A stretch of 64,000 nucleotides of DNA from Chloroflexota bacterium (GTDB taxonomy: Bacteria > Chloroflexota > Dehalococcoidia > UBA2247 > RBG-13-53-26): NCBI GenBank assembly GCA_016875915.1, contig VGOM01000007.1, positions 1 to 64,000 of the forward strand, read 5' to 3'. Of this stretch, positions 38,166-49,404 are shown piece by piece. The notes below the pieces were generated by a model. It worked only from the letters and a program-made list of their open reading frames with translations, searched no databases and was not told where the DNA came from. The translations under genes and the position numbers were made by a program. Every line of letters begins with the position of its first letter. Within the stretch, counting starts at the first letter, position 1.

Positions 38166-39241
38166 TGTCCATCATGCAAGTCATCGATCTACACCAGCGC
38201 CACGGCTCCAGGGAGACGCTGAAGGGCGTATCGTTCTCCCTAGAGCAGGGGGAGGTGTTCGGGATCATCGGCCCGACCGGCTCGGGGAAGACAACGCTGC
38301 TGCGCCTGCTGGACCAGATCGAGGTGCCCTCCTCAGGCAGGGTCTACTTCGAAGGGCGGGATGTCACCGGATCACCCAGGCTGCGGTCAGAGCTGAGGCG
38401 CAAGGTGGGGATGGTCCTTCAGAAGCCGGTGGTCTTTGATGCCAGTGTCTATGACAACGTGGCCTTCCCTCTGAGACTGCGAAGGTACAGCAGAAAGGTT
38501 GTCCACGGCAAGGTGGACACCATGCTGAATGCAGTGGGGCTCGATGGCTACCAGAGGCGGAATGCGCGCACGCTGTCGGGCGGCGAAACCCAGAAAGTGG
38601 CCCTGGCGCGGGCACTGATCACCAATCCGCAGGCACTGCTACTGGACGAGCCGACGGCCAACCTGGACCCGGTCAGCCTGAAGACGATCGAGGAGTTCAT
38701 CCTGCGGTTCAGCCGGGAGAACGGAACGACGATTGTCATTGCCACACACGAGATGGCCCAGGGCCAGCGCCTGGCCGACAGGATAGGCGTGATAATGGAG
38801 GGACAACTGGTCCAGATCGGCAAACCATCCGAGATCTTCTATGCGCCAAGCGACATCAGGGTCGCCCGCTTCGTAGGGGTTGAGAACATCCTGGAGGGAA
38901 GGGTGACTTCAAACCGGGAGGGGCTCGTTCACTTGGACGTCCACGGACGCGCCGTAGAGGCCATAGCCAATCGTCATCCAGGTGATGAGCTGCACCTGTT
39001 CATCAGACCGGAGGACGTAGTCCTGTCACTGAGCGAGGCCTCAACCAGCGCCAGGAACTCCTTCTCAGGTCAGATAGCCGGGCTGGCCATGTCTGGTCCC
39101 TTGGCCAGGGTACACCTCGATTGCGGCTTCCCGCTGGTGGCACTGATCACCAGACAGTCAGCCGAAGACCTGGGACTGCAGGTCGGGAAGCAAGCTCACG
39201 TTTCCTTCAAGGCAACCGCGGTCCACGTCATCGGGCAGTGA
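38165..39241 (+). CDS. tupC: Tungstate/molybdate ABC transporter ATP-binding protein with C-terminal TOBE domain
   Basis: Walker A GPTGSGKTT, LSGGETQKVALARAL, Walker B LLLDEPTANLD, C-terminal TOBE-like domain. Start overlaps the tupB stop. Confidence 0.85.
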   Translation: MSIMQVIDLHQRHGSRETLKGVSFSLEQGEVFGIIGPTGSGKTTLLRLLDQIEVPSSGRVYFEGRDVTGSPRLRSELRRKVGMVLQKPVVFDASVYDNVAFPLRLRRYSRKVVHGKVDTMLNAVGLDGYQRRNARTLSGGETQKVALARALITNPQALLLDEPTANLDPVSLKTIEEFILRFSRENGTTIVIATHEMAQGQRLADRIGVIMEGQLVQIGKPSEIFYAPSDIRVARFVGVENILEGRVTSNREGLVHLDVHGRAVEAIANRHPGDELHLFIRPEDVVLSLSEASTSARNSFSGQIAGLAMSGPLARVHLDCGFPLVALITRQSAEDLGLQVGKQAHVSFKATAVHVIGQ

Positions 39242-39375
39242 TAGCGACGCGGTTGACGTCTGCACGGGAGCCCGTATGGTACCATAGGGATCAGACCGTG
39301 CGGGTGTGCTGAAGCCTGATGGATGCTGGGCGTTCCGGCGACTCGAAGGCGACAGACAGAGAGGAGGAAAGACAG

Positions 39376-39872
39376 TGAAGGTTCTGGTTACCTATGTTTC
39401 GCGGACGGGCAACACGAAGAAGGTGGCCGAGGCGATCTTCAAGGAGATCAAGGGCACCAAGGAGATGAAGGACCTGGAGCAGGTCGGCGGACTTGAGGGC
39501 TATGACCTGGCCTTCGTGGGTTTCCCAATCGAGGCGTACGGGCCGGCCAAGCCGGCAGCGGCCTTCCTGGAGAAACACGCGACGGGCAGGAATATCGCCC
39601 TGTTCATCACCCACGCTGCACCGGAAGGCGACGACAGGATCAAGGAATGGCTCGAGAGCTGCAAAGGAGCCGCGGCCGGCGCCAAGTTGGTGGCGGTGTT
39701 TGACTGCCAGGGAGAACTGTCAGAACAGATAGCGGACTTTATGCTGAAGAGCGGGGACGAGCAGTTGGCTGCCTGGGCAAAGGAGCGCTCCACCACCATG
39801 GGCCAGCCTGATGCCACCAGGCTGAAGCGGGCAGCCGCCTGGGCCAAGGAGGTATTGAAGAGCTGCCGCTGA
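39376..39872 (+). CDS. Flavodoxin
   Basis: GTG start after GAGGAGG RBS. VKVLVTYVSRTGNTKKVAEAI FMN phosphate-binding loop. Confidence 0.8.
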
Positions 39873-40029
39873 GGCAGGCCTGTAGCTGTCCGAGGGGCGG
39901 AGCCCCGGGGCGAGCGAGGCCGATTCAGAGCAAGTTGGCGGGCTTGCCAGACCAAAGAGGAGTCACTCTTGGGGGGTCGGTCTGGCTCACCCGCCAGGAT
40001 ACACCTGAGTGTGGCCTGATTGAAGCCGC

Positions 40030-40434
40030 CTACACGCGTGTGCCTCCGACGCCGATGGGCACCTCCTCCGGCGTTTCCTCCAGCGTTTCCTCGCGGACCA
40101 TCTCGAACTCGCCTTCAAAGACGCAGCACTCACTGCCGTTGTCCATGGTGACAAGCCAGCTTCGCGGGCAGTCCTCTCGCCTCTCTCCAGCGCCGGTGAT
40201 CCGGCCCAGATCGCCCTGGTCACAGACAAGCCACAAGCGCCTCCGCATCCGGATCCGTGAGCCGATTCCGGGCTTCCCTCTCTCGCAGCCTGCGGCGGGC
40301 AGAACCAGGACCCCATCGGCACTGACCCAGACAGGGACATGGGTGGAGCGTCCCTCCACAACGATGACCCCGCTCTTGGAGCACCACCTCTCGTCAGCGA
40401 GTTGGCGCCGGGGCATCCACTCATCTGCACACAC
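40030..40434 (-). CDS. Hypothetical protein (orphan ORF in an 825-bp gap)
   Basis: Only protein-like frame in 39873..40698. Acidic C-terminus, no recognised motif. The overlapping plus-strand ORF is Ser-rich low complexity. Confidence 0.25.
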   Translation of the reverse strand: MCADEWMPRRQLADERWCSKSGVIVVEGRSTHVPVWVSADGVLVLPAAGCERGKPGIGSRIRMRRRLWLVCDQGDLGRITGAGERREDCPRSWLVTMDNGSECCVFEGEFEMVREETLEETPEEVPIGVGGTRV

Positions 40435-40533
40435 AGCCCTGGCCTCCTCGTTTGCCCAACACCGGGCAGAGGTCGCCTTGCGCCTCCGGGTTCAGGGATA
40501 ACACAACTGGATTCGTCTTGGAAGTGATTATGT

Positions 40534-40552
40534 TATAGAAGATACTTCTATA
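40534..40552. promoter_or_regulatory. Palindrome TATAGAAG-ATA-CTTCTATA in an AT-rich island
   Basis: Perfect 8-bp inverted repeat in an unusually AT-rich about 50-bp patch of a GC-rich genome, 100 bp upstream of the orphan ORF start. Confidence 0.35.
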
Positions 40553-40596
40553 TGCGACTGTTATGAGGCAGGCTTGGCGCCACGCCACCCCAGCCC

Positions 40597-40624
40597 TGGA
40601 TGCCGCATCAAGTGCGGCATGACA
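40597..40624. repeat. Conserved hairpin motif, copy 3 (TGGATGCCGCATCAAGTGCGGCATGACA)
   Basis: Perfect 8-bp stem ATGCCGCA/TGCGGCAT with TCAAG loop. Differs from copy 1 by a compensatory C-G to G-C swap. About 80 bp downstream of the lepA stop. Shares the upstream CCACCC flank with copy 1. Confidence 0.7.
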
Positions 40625-40698
40625 TCTCGGAGATGCGCGGGGTGACCCGACGTGGGCGGACCTGCCGGTGCAGGTCAGGTGGAGCGTGGTGCTGGGGA

Positions 40699-42494
40699 CT
40701 ACTCCTCGAGCTTGAGGAGGGAGAGGAAGGCTTCCTGGGGCACCTCCACGGAGCCAACCATCTTCATGCGCTTCTTGCCCTCTTTCTGCTTCTCAAGGAG
40801 CTTCCTCTTGCGGGTAACATCGCCGCCGTAGCACTTGGCCAGAACGTCCTTCCTGATCGGGGCGATGTCCTCTCTGGCCACGATCCTGCCACCGATGGAC
40901 GCCTGGAGGGGGACCTTGAACTGCTGCCGGGGGATGAGCTTCCTCAGCTTGCTCACCAGCACCCTAGCCCGTGCAATGGCGGCATCCCGGGTGGCGATGT
41001 AGGAGAAGGCATCCACAGGGTCGCCGTTGACCAGGATGTCCACCTTCACCAGGTCGCCGGTGCGGTAGCCGGCGAGCTCATAGTCCATGCTGGCATAGCC
41101 CTGGCTGACGCTCTTGAGCCGGTCGTAGAAGTCGGCGATGATCTCCACCAGGGGGAAGTCGTAGGTGAGGACCACCCTCCTCTGATCCGGATGATCCATG
41201 CCCGCCAGCGTGCCCCGGCGGGAGCTGGCCAGCTCCATGCAGGGTCCCACGAAGGCGGTGGGGACGACAATCTGGGCCCGGATCATGGGCTCCTCTATGT
41301 GGTCGATCTCCTGGACACTGGGGAACTTCGAGGGGTTGTCGATCATGAGCACATCGCCCGCGGTGGTGGCCACCTTGTAGACCACCGAGGGCATGGTGGC
41401 GATGAGGTTCTGCTCGTACTCGCGGCGCAGTCTCTCCACAGTGATCTCCATGTGGAGCATGCCCAGGAAGCCAACGCGGAAGCCATGGCCCAGGGCGGCG
41501 GAGTTCTCCTTCTGGAAGACGATGGAGGAGTCGTTGAGCTGGAGCTTCTCCAGGGCCATCTTGAGCTTGTCATAGTCGCCGGTGTCCACCGGGTAGAGTC
41601 CGCAGAAGACCATGGGCTGGAGCCGTCTGAAGCCGGCGATGAACGGGGTCTCCGGATGCTCCGGCGAGATGATGGTGTCACCGACACTGACATCGGCCAC
41701 TTCCCGGACCATGGCGCTGACGTAGCCCACGTCGCCGGCCACCAGCCGCTGGCAGGGCATGGGCTGGGGACTGAAGTGGCCCACGTCCTCCACATCGAAG
41801 GTCTTGCCGCTGGACTTGACCAGGATATGGTCGCCGGGCGAGATGCTGCCGGAGAAGACCCGGATGTGGGCGATGACCCCGCGATAGGGGTCGTAGTGGG
41901 AGTCAAAGACGAGGCAACTGAGGGGGGCGGCGGGCTCTCCTCCGGGGTGCGGGATGCGCGACACAATGGCCTCCAGGAGCGCGGGCACGCCGGTGCCCTC
42001 CCGGGCGGAGACCAGCAGGGCATCCTCGGCGGGCAGTCCGAGCATCTCCTCGAGCTGGAGCAGGCAGTCGTCGATCATGGCATTGGGGAGGTCGATCTTG
42101 TTGATCACGGGGATGATCTCCAAGCCGGCGTCAACGGCGAAGTAGGCATTGCCGATGGTCTGGGCCTCGACGCCCTGCGAGGCATCCACCAGGAGGACAG
42201 CCCCCTCACAGGCCTTGAGGCTGCGGGAGACCTCGTAGTTGAAGTCGATGTGGCCGGGGGTGTCAATCAGGTTCAGGACGTACTCAGCGCCGCCGGGGGA
42301 CCTGTAGGGTATCCTGACCGGTTTGGCCTTGATGGTGATGCCCCGCTCACGCTCCAGGTCCATGCTGTCCAGGACCTGCTCGCTGCCGGAGGTGCGGATC
42401 ACCCCGGTCAGCTCGAGGATGCGGTCGGCCAGGCTGGACTTGCCGTGGTCGATGTGGGCAATGATGCAGAAGTTGCGGATGGCCTTGGTCTTGC

Positions 42495-42498
<4 letters not shown>
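40699..42498 (-). CDS. lepA: Elongation factor 4 (LepA)
   Basis: IRNFCIIAHIDHGKSSLADR G1 motif, DTPGHIDF, and the LepA-specific C-terminal domain. Confidence 0.95.
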
Positions 42499-43754
<1,256 letters not shown>

Positions 43755-43821
43755 GCTTTCCTCTCAGATCCAGATTCCCAACGGGAGAGGCAACGTGCCC
43801 TCTCCTGCAGCCGCTGGGCAG

Positions 43822-44931
43822 CTACCGGCTCAGGATGGTGCGGCGGCCGTTGTAGCGCTCGGTATCATACTGGGTGGCCACGTCGACCAGGCTGAGCCGG
43901 CCCACGATATCCTTAAGGGGGACAGTGCCAATCCGGCCGTTGCCGTAGCTGACCATCTTGCCGAAATCACGGGCCACGATGAGATCGACCGCAGCGATGC
44001 CGAAGTAGCGGCCCATGCGGCGATCATAGGCACACGGCGCGCCACCGCGCTGCAAATGGCTGAGGACCAGGCTGCGCGTCTCCAGTTTGGTGGCACCGGA
44101 GATCTCCGTGGCCAGGTAATCGCCGATGCCGCCAAGGATCTTGTGGCCGAAGCTGTCTTCGCCCTGGTCCCTGATGAACTCCCCGCCGCCGGAGGGCTTG
44201 GCCCCTTCGGCCACGACGATGATCTCATATCTGGCCCCCTGCCGCCTTCCTTCAAGCACCAGATCGTTGATCTTCTGAACAGAGAAATCGTACTCAGGGA
44301 TGAGGATGATGAAGGCCCCGGCGGATTCGCCTCCCTCCAGAGCCAGCCAGCCGGCAGTGCGGCCCATGGTCTCCACCACAAATATCCTCTTGTGGGAGCC
44401 GGCGGTGGTCCGCAGCCGGTCGATCTCCTCGGTGATGACGTTCAGCGCAGTCTCGAATCCCAGGGCGTAGTCGGTCCCCCAGAGGTCCTTGTCGATGGTT
44501 TTCGGTATGGCGACGACGCTGACCCCTTCCTGGCTCAGTTTGGAGGCTACGCCGAGGGTATCCTCCCCGCCGATGGCCACGATGGCGTCCAGACCCAGGC
44601 CCTGGATGTTGCCCAGGACCTTCCGGGACTGGTCGTTCTTGGGGCTGTAGGGGTTGGTGCGGGAAGTGCCCAGCATGGTGCCGCCCAGCCTGTCCCAGGT
44701 GCGGACCACGTTCTGGTCCAGGGGCATCAGCCACTCCTGCGCATCGCCCCGCGACGGGTCGGCGGCTACGAGGCCCTTCCAGCCATCCCGGATGCCGATG
44801 ATCTCGTAGCTGGTGTCCCTCTCGCGCTGCAGTCGGTCGTCGAGGGAAGTCTTGACCACCCACTTGATGGCCGAGTTGAGGCCGGCGCAGTCGCCGCCGC
44901 CGGTGAGGATGCCTATCCTGCTCTTCCTCAT
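43822..44931 (-). CDS. pfk: 6-phosphofructokinase (ATP- or PPi-dependent)
   Basis: IGILTGGGDCAGLNSAI, GGDGS-like GGEDT and MGR motifs. Confidence 0.85.
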   Translation of the reverse strand: MRKSRIGILTGGGDCAGLNSAIKWVVKTSLDDRLQRERDTSYEIIGIRDGWKGLVAADPSRGDAQEWLMPLDQNVVRTWDRLGGTMLGTSRTNPYSPKNDQSRKVLGNIQGLGLDAIVAIGGEDTLGVASKLSQEGVSVVAIPKTIDKDLWGTDYALGFETALNVITEEIDRLRTTAGSHKRIFVVETMGRTAGWLALEGGESAGAFIILIPEYDFSVQKINDLVLEGRRQGARYEIIVVAEGAKPSGGGEFIRDQGEDSFGHKILGGIGDYLATEISGATKLETRSLVLSHLQRGGAPCAYDRRMGRYFGIAAVDLIVARDFGKMVSYGNGRIGTVPLKDIVGRLSLVDVATQYDTERYNGRRTILSR

Positions 44932-45089
44932 GACGCTGGCTAGATTCTAGGGTCGGGCCCCCCCGATGTCAATAAGGCCTGAGAACGAAGTGAGCGTGGA
45001 GCGGCGGGGGGCATCTGGCGACAAAAGTCGCATACAAGGATCACCTCTTACTCTAGACTGGGTCCGATCAGCGTAAGGGGGTAAGCAAG

Positions 45090-45368
45090 ATGGTGACCAG
45101 AAGCGCGGTAGCAGACGAAGAGACGGTAGCGGAGGAGAGGGGGGCCGAGTGTCAACACCACTGGGTGATTGATGCGGCAGCGGGGCCGGTGAGCAGCGGG
45201 AGGTGTCAGAGCTGCGGGACCCAGAAGCAGTTCCACAACTACCTGCCTGACTGCCTGGCGAACAAAGACAGGGAGACATACGAAGGGTGGCTGGCGAAGC
45301 ACAGCCAGAATGAGAGAAAGAGGTCCAGAGCGAAGCGGGGCATCGTGTCTCTTCTTGACGAGGACTAG
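45090..45368 (+). CDS. Small zinc-ribbon-like protein (92 aa), locus A partner
   Basis: AAGGGGGT RBS. CQHH...CQSCGTQKQFHNY. Only 5 nt upstream of the 5-Cys gene. Confidence 0.5.
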   Translation: MVTRSAVADEETVAEERGAECQHHWVIDAAAGPVSSGRCQSCGTQKQFHNYLPDCLANKDRETYEGWLAKHSQNERKRSRAKRGIVSLLDED

Positions 45369-45373
45369 GGGAG

Positions 45374-45622
45374 ATGGGGATGGCGGATGATATCCAGGGT
45401 GTGAGGCGGCGATGGGCCAGGTGGTATCCCAAGAAGCAGGATGACACCATAATTGAGCGCTGGGCCCGGGCTTGTAGTAGAATTAATAACGACTGTCGGG
45501 ACTGCGGTTTCGGCGAGGAGTGTCAGGACCTTGCCGACCGTCTCATTGTATGCATGACGGCATTACCGGGCAGAGGCGGACGCCGACAGAGAGGGCAGGA
45601 TCCCGGTCAAGGCAGCAACTGA
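45374..45622 (+). CDS. Small 5-Cys protein, family member A (82 aa)
   Basis: RRRWARWYPKKQDDTIIERWARACSRINNDCRDCGFGEECQDLADRLIVCM. Paralog of 34730..34984. Immediately upstream of dnaJ-clpB. Confidence 0.65.
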   Translation: MGMADDIQGVRRRWARWYPKKQDDTIIERWARACSRINNDCRDCGFGEECQDLADRLIVCMTALPGRGGRRQRGQDPGQGSN

Positions 45623-45644
45623 CCAGCGCGGTCTTTGAACCACC

Positions 45645-46658
45645 ATGGACTACAAGGACTACTACAAGGTCCTGGGCGCGGACAAGAAGGCCACCGCCAA
45701 GGAGATCAAGCACGTCTACCGCAAGCTGGCCCGCCAGCACCACCCGGACGTGAATCCAGGCAACAAGCAGGCCGAGGCGCGATTCAAGGAGATCAACGAG
45801 GCCTATGAGGTGCTGGGGGACGAAGAGAAGCGGAAGAAATACGACGAACTGGGCGCCAACTGGAAGCACTACGAGCAGTGGCAGCGGGCAGGCGGCGAAG
45901 CCAGCGGACAACCCTTTGACTGGAGCCAGTATGGCTTCGGGGCGGGGCCGGGCAGGGGCGGCCGCTACCAGACCCGGACGGTGTCCGAAGAGGAACTGAA
46001 GGACCTCTTCGGCGATTCCGGGCCATTCTCCAGCTTCTTCTACACCTTCTTCGGCGGCGGAGAGCAGCCGGAGATGGGCGGCAGACGGCACTTCAGGACG
46101 ACGTCGCGGCAGCACCGGGGCGAGGACCTGGAGCAGCCGGTAGAGATAAGCCTGGAGGAGGCCTTCAGCGGCACCAACCGCATCCTGCAGATGCAGGACG
46201 CCCACGGCAGAGTCCGCCGACTCGAAGCCAAGATCCCCGCCGGGGTCCAGGAAGGCTCCAGGGTCCGCCTGGCCGGCCAGGGGGGACACGGGGCGGGCGG
46301 GGGGCCGGGCGGCGACCTGTACCTGGTGGTCCACATCCTGCCCCATCATCTCTTTGAACGAAAAGAGGATGATCTTCACCTCAAGCTGGGCGTGCCCCTG
46401 ATCACCGCGGTGCTGGGAGGTGAGGTCAGCGTGCCCACGCTGAACGGCAGGGCAATAATGCTGAAGATCCCGCCCGAGACACAGAACGGGCGGGTGTTCC
46501 GGCTCCGGGGCAAGGGCCTTCCCAAGCTGGCAGCCTCTCCGCAGAAGCACGGGGACCTGCTGGCTGAGGTGAGGGTGGTCCTGCCCGACTGCCTCTCCGA
46601 CAAAGAGCGCAAGCTCTTCGAGGAACTGGCTAAGCTGCGTCCCGCAGACGGCGAGTAG
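45645..46658 (+). CDS. cbpA: DnaJ-class co-chaperone lacking the zinc-finger domain (CbpA-like)
   Basis: J domain (DYYKVLG...HPD), G/F-rich linker, two C-terminal beta-sandwich domains, no CxxCxGxG repeats. Confidence 0.8.
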   Translation: MDYKDYYKVLGADKKATAKEIKHVYRKLARQHHPDVNPGNKQAEARFKEINEAYEVLGDEEKRKKYDELGANWKHYEQWQRAGGEASGQPFDWSQYGFGAGPGRGGRYQTRTVSEEELKDLFGDSGPFSSFFYTFFGGGEQPEMGGRRHFRTTSRQHRGEDLEQPVEISLEEAFSGTNRILQMQDAHGRVRRLEAKIPAGVQEGSRVRLAGQGGHGAGGGPGGDLYLVVHILPHHLFERKEDDLHLKLGVPLITAVLGGEVSVPTLNGRAIMLKIPPETQNGRVFRLRGKGLPKLAASPQKHGDLLAEVRVVLPDCLSDKERKLFEELAKLRPADGE

Positions 46659-46719
46659 TCCACGGCAGGCGAGGGACCCGGTCCGAGACCACGACCACAG
46701 ACCAAGGGGGTGACAGCCG

Positions 46720-49362
46720 ATGAGCATGAACAAGTTCACCGAAAAGGCGCAGGAAGCCATCGTCTCGGCACAGCAGATCGCCGAGAGGAGCAATCATACC
46801 CAGCTTGACGTGGAACACCTGCTGGCGGCCTTGCTGGACCAGTCGGAAGGCATAGCGCCTCAGGTACTGCGGAAGCTGGGGGCTGACCAGGCGCAGGTCA
46901 AGGTCGAGCTAGCCAGCGAGATGGACCGCCTCCCCAAGGGGTATGGCGCGGTGCAACTGTCGATGTCCCCGCGCTTCAAACGGGTCCTGGATACGGCCCA
47001 GATCGAGGCGGGAAGGCTCAAGGATGAGTACGTCAGCACCGAGCACCTGCTGATCGCCCTTGTCGACGATCAGGACAGGGGAGCGGCCAGCCGCATCCTG
47101 AAGAGCCACGGGGTGACCAAGGACCGGATCTATCAGGTGCTGACCAGCATCAGGGGGACGCAGCGGGTGACCGACCCCAATCCCGAAGGCAAGTACCAGC
47201 CGCTGGAGAAGTACGGCCGGGACCTGACCGAGATGGCCCGCAAGGACAAACTGGACCCGGTGATCGGCCGGGACAAGGAGATCCGCCGGGTGATCCAGGT
47301 CCTGTCGCGCCGCACCAAGAACAACCCTGTTCTGATCGGCGAACCGGGCGTGGGCAAGACGGCCATCGTCGAAGGTCTGGCACAGCGGATAGTCAAGGGG
47401 GATGTGCCTGAGGGGCTGAAGAACAAGCGCCTGGTGGTGCTGGATCTGGGAGCCATCGTGGCCGGCTCGAAGTACCGCGGGGAGTTCGAGGAACGGCTCA
47501 AGGCGGTGCTGAAGGAGGTCCAGGAGGCCGAAGGCAGAATCCTCCTCTTCATCGATGAGCTGCACACCGTGGTGGGGGCCGGCGCCGCCGAGGGGGCCAT
47601 GGACGCCTCCAACATGCTCAAGCCGATGCTGGCCCGGGGAGAGCTGCACTGCATCGGGGCCACCACGCTGAACGAATACCGGAAGCACATTGAGAAGGAC
47701 GCCGCTCTGGAGCGCCGTTTCCAGCCGGTGATGGTCAACGAGCCAACGGTGGAGGACACTATCAGCATCCTGCGCGGACTGAAGGAACGATATGAGGTTC
47801 ACCACGGGGTGAGGATCAAGGACTCGGCGCTGGTAGCGGCAGCGGTGCTGTCACACCGCTACATCAGCGACCGCTTCCTGCCGGACAAGGCCATCGACCT
47901 GGTGGACGAGGCGGCCAGCAGACTGCGCATGGAGATCGACAGCGTGCCGGCGGAACTGGATGAAGTTCAAAGACGGACGATGCAACTGGAGATCGAGCGC
48001 CAGGCACTGAAGAAGGAGAGCGACGACACATCGAAGGAGCGCCTGGCGCACCTGGAGAAGGAGCTGGCCGACCTGAAGGAAGAGGGCAACCGGCTGAAGG
48101 CGCAGTGGCAGCAGGAGAAGGGGGCCATCCAGGGCATCCAGCAGATCAAGGAGCAGATCGAACAGGCCAAGCTGGAGGTGCAACAGGCGGAGCGGTCGGC
48201 CGACCTGGAGAAGGCGGCCCAACTGAAGTACGGCACCCTGGTGGAACTGGAGAGGCAACTCAGAGAGAAGGAATCCCATCTCACCGCGGCACAGGAGGGC
48301 CACACCATGCTGCAGCAGGAGGTGGGTGAAGAGGACATCGCCGAAGTGGTCAGTCACTGGACAGGGGTGCCGGTGAGCCGGCTGATGGAGGGCGAGATCC
48401 AGAAGCTGCTGAAGATGGAGGAGCGCCTGCACGTCCGGGTGGTGGGCCAGGATGAGGCCATCAACGCGGTGAGCAGCGCAATCAGACGGGCCAGGGCGGG
48501 GCTGCAGGACCCCAACCGGCCTCTGGGCAGCTTCATCTTCCTGGGGCCGACGGGGGTAGGCAAGACCGAGCTGGCCCGGGCGCTGGCCGAGTTCCTCTTC
48601 GACGACGAGCAGGCCATGATCCGCCTGGATATGTCCGAGTACATGGAGAAGCACACGGTGTCGCGGCTGATCGGCGCGCCGCCGGGGTATATCGGCTATG
48701 ACGAAGGGGGCCAGCTCACTGAAGCGGTGCGGCGGCGGCCCTACTCGGTGGTGCTGTTCGACGAGATCGAGAAGGCGCACCCCGACGTGTTCAATACGCT
48801 TCTCCAGATCCTCGACGACGGCCGGCTCACGGACGGCCATGGCCGGACGGTCGACTTCAAGAACACCGTGGTGATCATGACCAGCAACCTGGGCGGTCAC
48901 CTGTTCAGCGAGCCGGGCCTGGCCGACACGGACGAGGTCCGCCACCGGGTGATGGAGACGCTCCGGGCCCAGTTCCGGCCGGAGTTCCTCAACAGAATCG
49001 ACGAGGTAATCATCTTCCACTCGCTGGACCGCGACCAGATCAAGGAGATCGTGGACATCCAGATGAGGGGATTGAAGCAGCGGCTCGATGGCCGGCACAT
49101 GAGCTTTGAGCTGACGGATGCGGCCAAGGAACTGGTGGTGGAACAGGGATACGATCCCACCTACGGCGCCAGGCCTTTGAGGAGAACCATCCAGCGCCGC
49201 ATCCTGGACCCGCTGGCCCTGAGGGTTCTCGACGGCACCTTCAGCGACGGCGCCAGGATAGTGGTCGACGCCAGGGATGGGGAGATCGTCTTCCGTGAGG
49301 AGGACGGGGGGCACGAACACAAACAGAAATCATCGCACAAGAAGTCCGCGCGGTCCGGATAG
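46720..49362 (+). CDS. clpB: ATP-dependent disaggregase ClpB
   Basis: 880 aa: Clp-N repeats, two AAA+ modules ([16 protein letters not shown]), long M-domain coiled coil in NBD1. Confidence 0.95.
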   Translation: MSMNKFTEKAQEAIVSAQQIAERSNHTQLDVEHLLAALLDQSEGIAPQVLRKLGADQAQVKVELASEMDRLPKGYGAVQLSMSPRFKRVLDTAQIEAGRLKDEYVSTEHLLIALVDDQDRGAASRILKSHGVTKDRIYQVLTSIRGTQRVTDPNPEGKYQPLEKYGRDLTEMARKDKLDPVIGRDKEIRRVIQVLSRRTKNNPVLIGEPGVGKTAIVEGLAQRIVKGDVPEGLKNKRLVVLDLGAIVAGSKYRGEFEERLKAVLKEVQEAEGRILLFIDELHTVVGAGAAEGAMDASNMLKPMLARGELHCIGATTLNEYRKHIEKDAALERRFQPVMVNEPTVEDTISILRGLKERYEVHHGVRIKDSALVAAAVLSHRYISDRFLPDKAIDLVDEAASRLRMEIDSVPAELDEVQRRTMQLEIERQALKKESDDTSKERLAHLEKELADLKEEGNRLKAQWQQEKGAIQGIQQIKEQIEQAKLEVQQAERSADLEKAAQLKYGTLVELERQLREKESHLTAAQEGHTMLQQEVGEEDIAEVVSHWTGVPVSRLMEGEIQKLLKMEERLHVRVVGQDEAINAVSSAIRRARAGLQDPNRPLGSFIFLGPTGVGKTELARALAEFLFDDEQAMIRLDMSEYMEKHTVSRLIGAPPGYIGYDEGGQLTEAVRRRPYSVVLFDEIEKAHPDVFNTLLQILDDGRLTDGHGRTVDFKNTVVIMTSNLGGHLFSEPGLADTDEVRHRVMETLRAQFRPEFLNRIDEVIIFHSLDRDQIKEIVDIQMRGLKQRLDGRHMSFELTDAAKELVVEQGYDPTYGARPLRRTIQRRILDPLALRVLDGTFSDGARIVVDARDGEIVFREEDGGHEHKQKSSHKKSARSG

Positions 49363-49404
49363 CCGCGTCAGAGAACCAGGCAAGGGGAAGGCAAGGAGGA
49401 TGAG

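Noticed and set aside
39935-40501. 188-aa plus-strand ORF in the flavodoxin-lepA gap
   Set aside because: Ser/Pro/Arg-rich low-complexity translation, no RBS, and overlapped by a more protein-like minus-strand frame. Judged a frame artefact.
45374-45622. 5-Cys small proteins as RsrA/ZAS-type anti-sigma factors
   Set aside because: No HxxxCxxC ZAS motif, and they are much shorter than RsrA. Left as an unassigned family.
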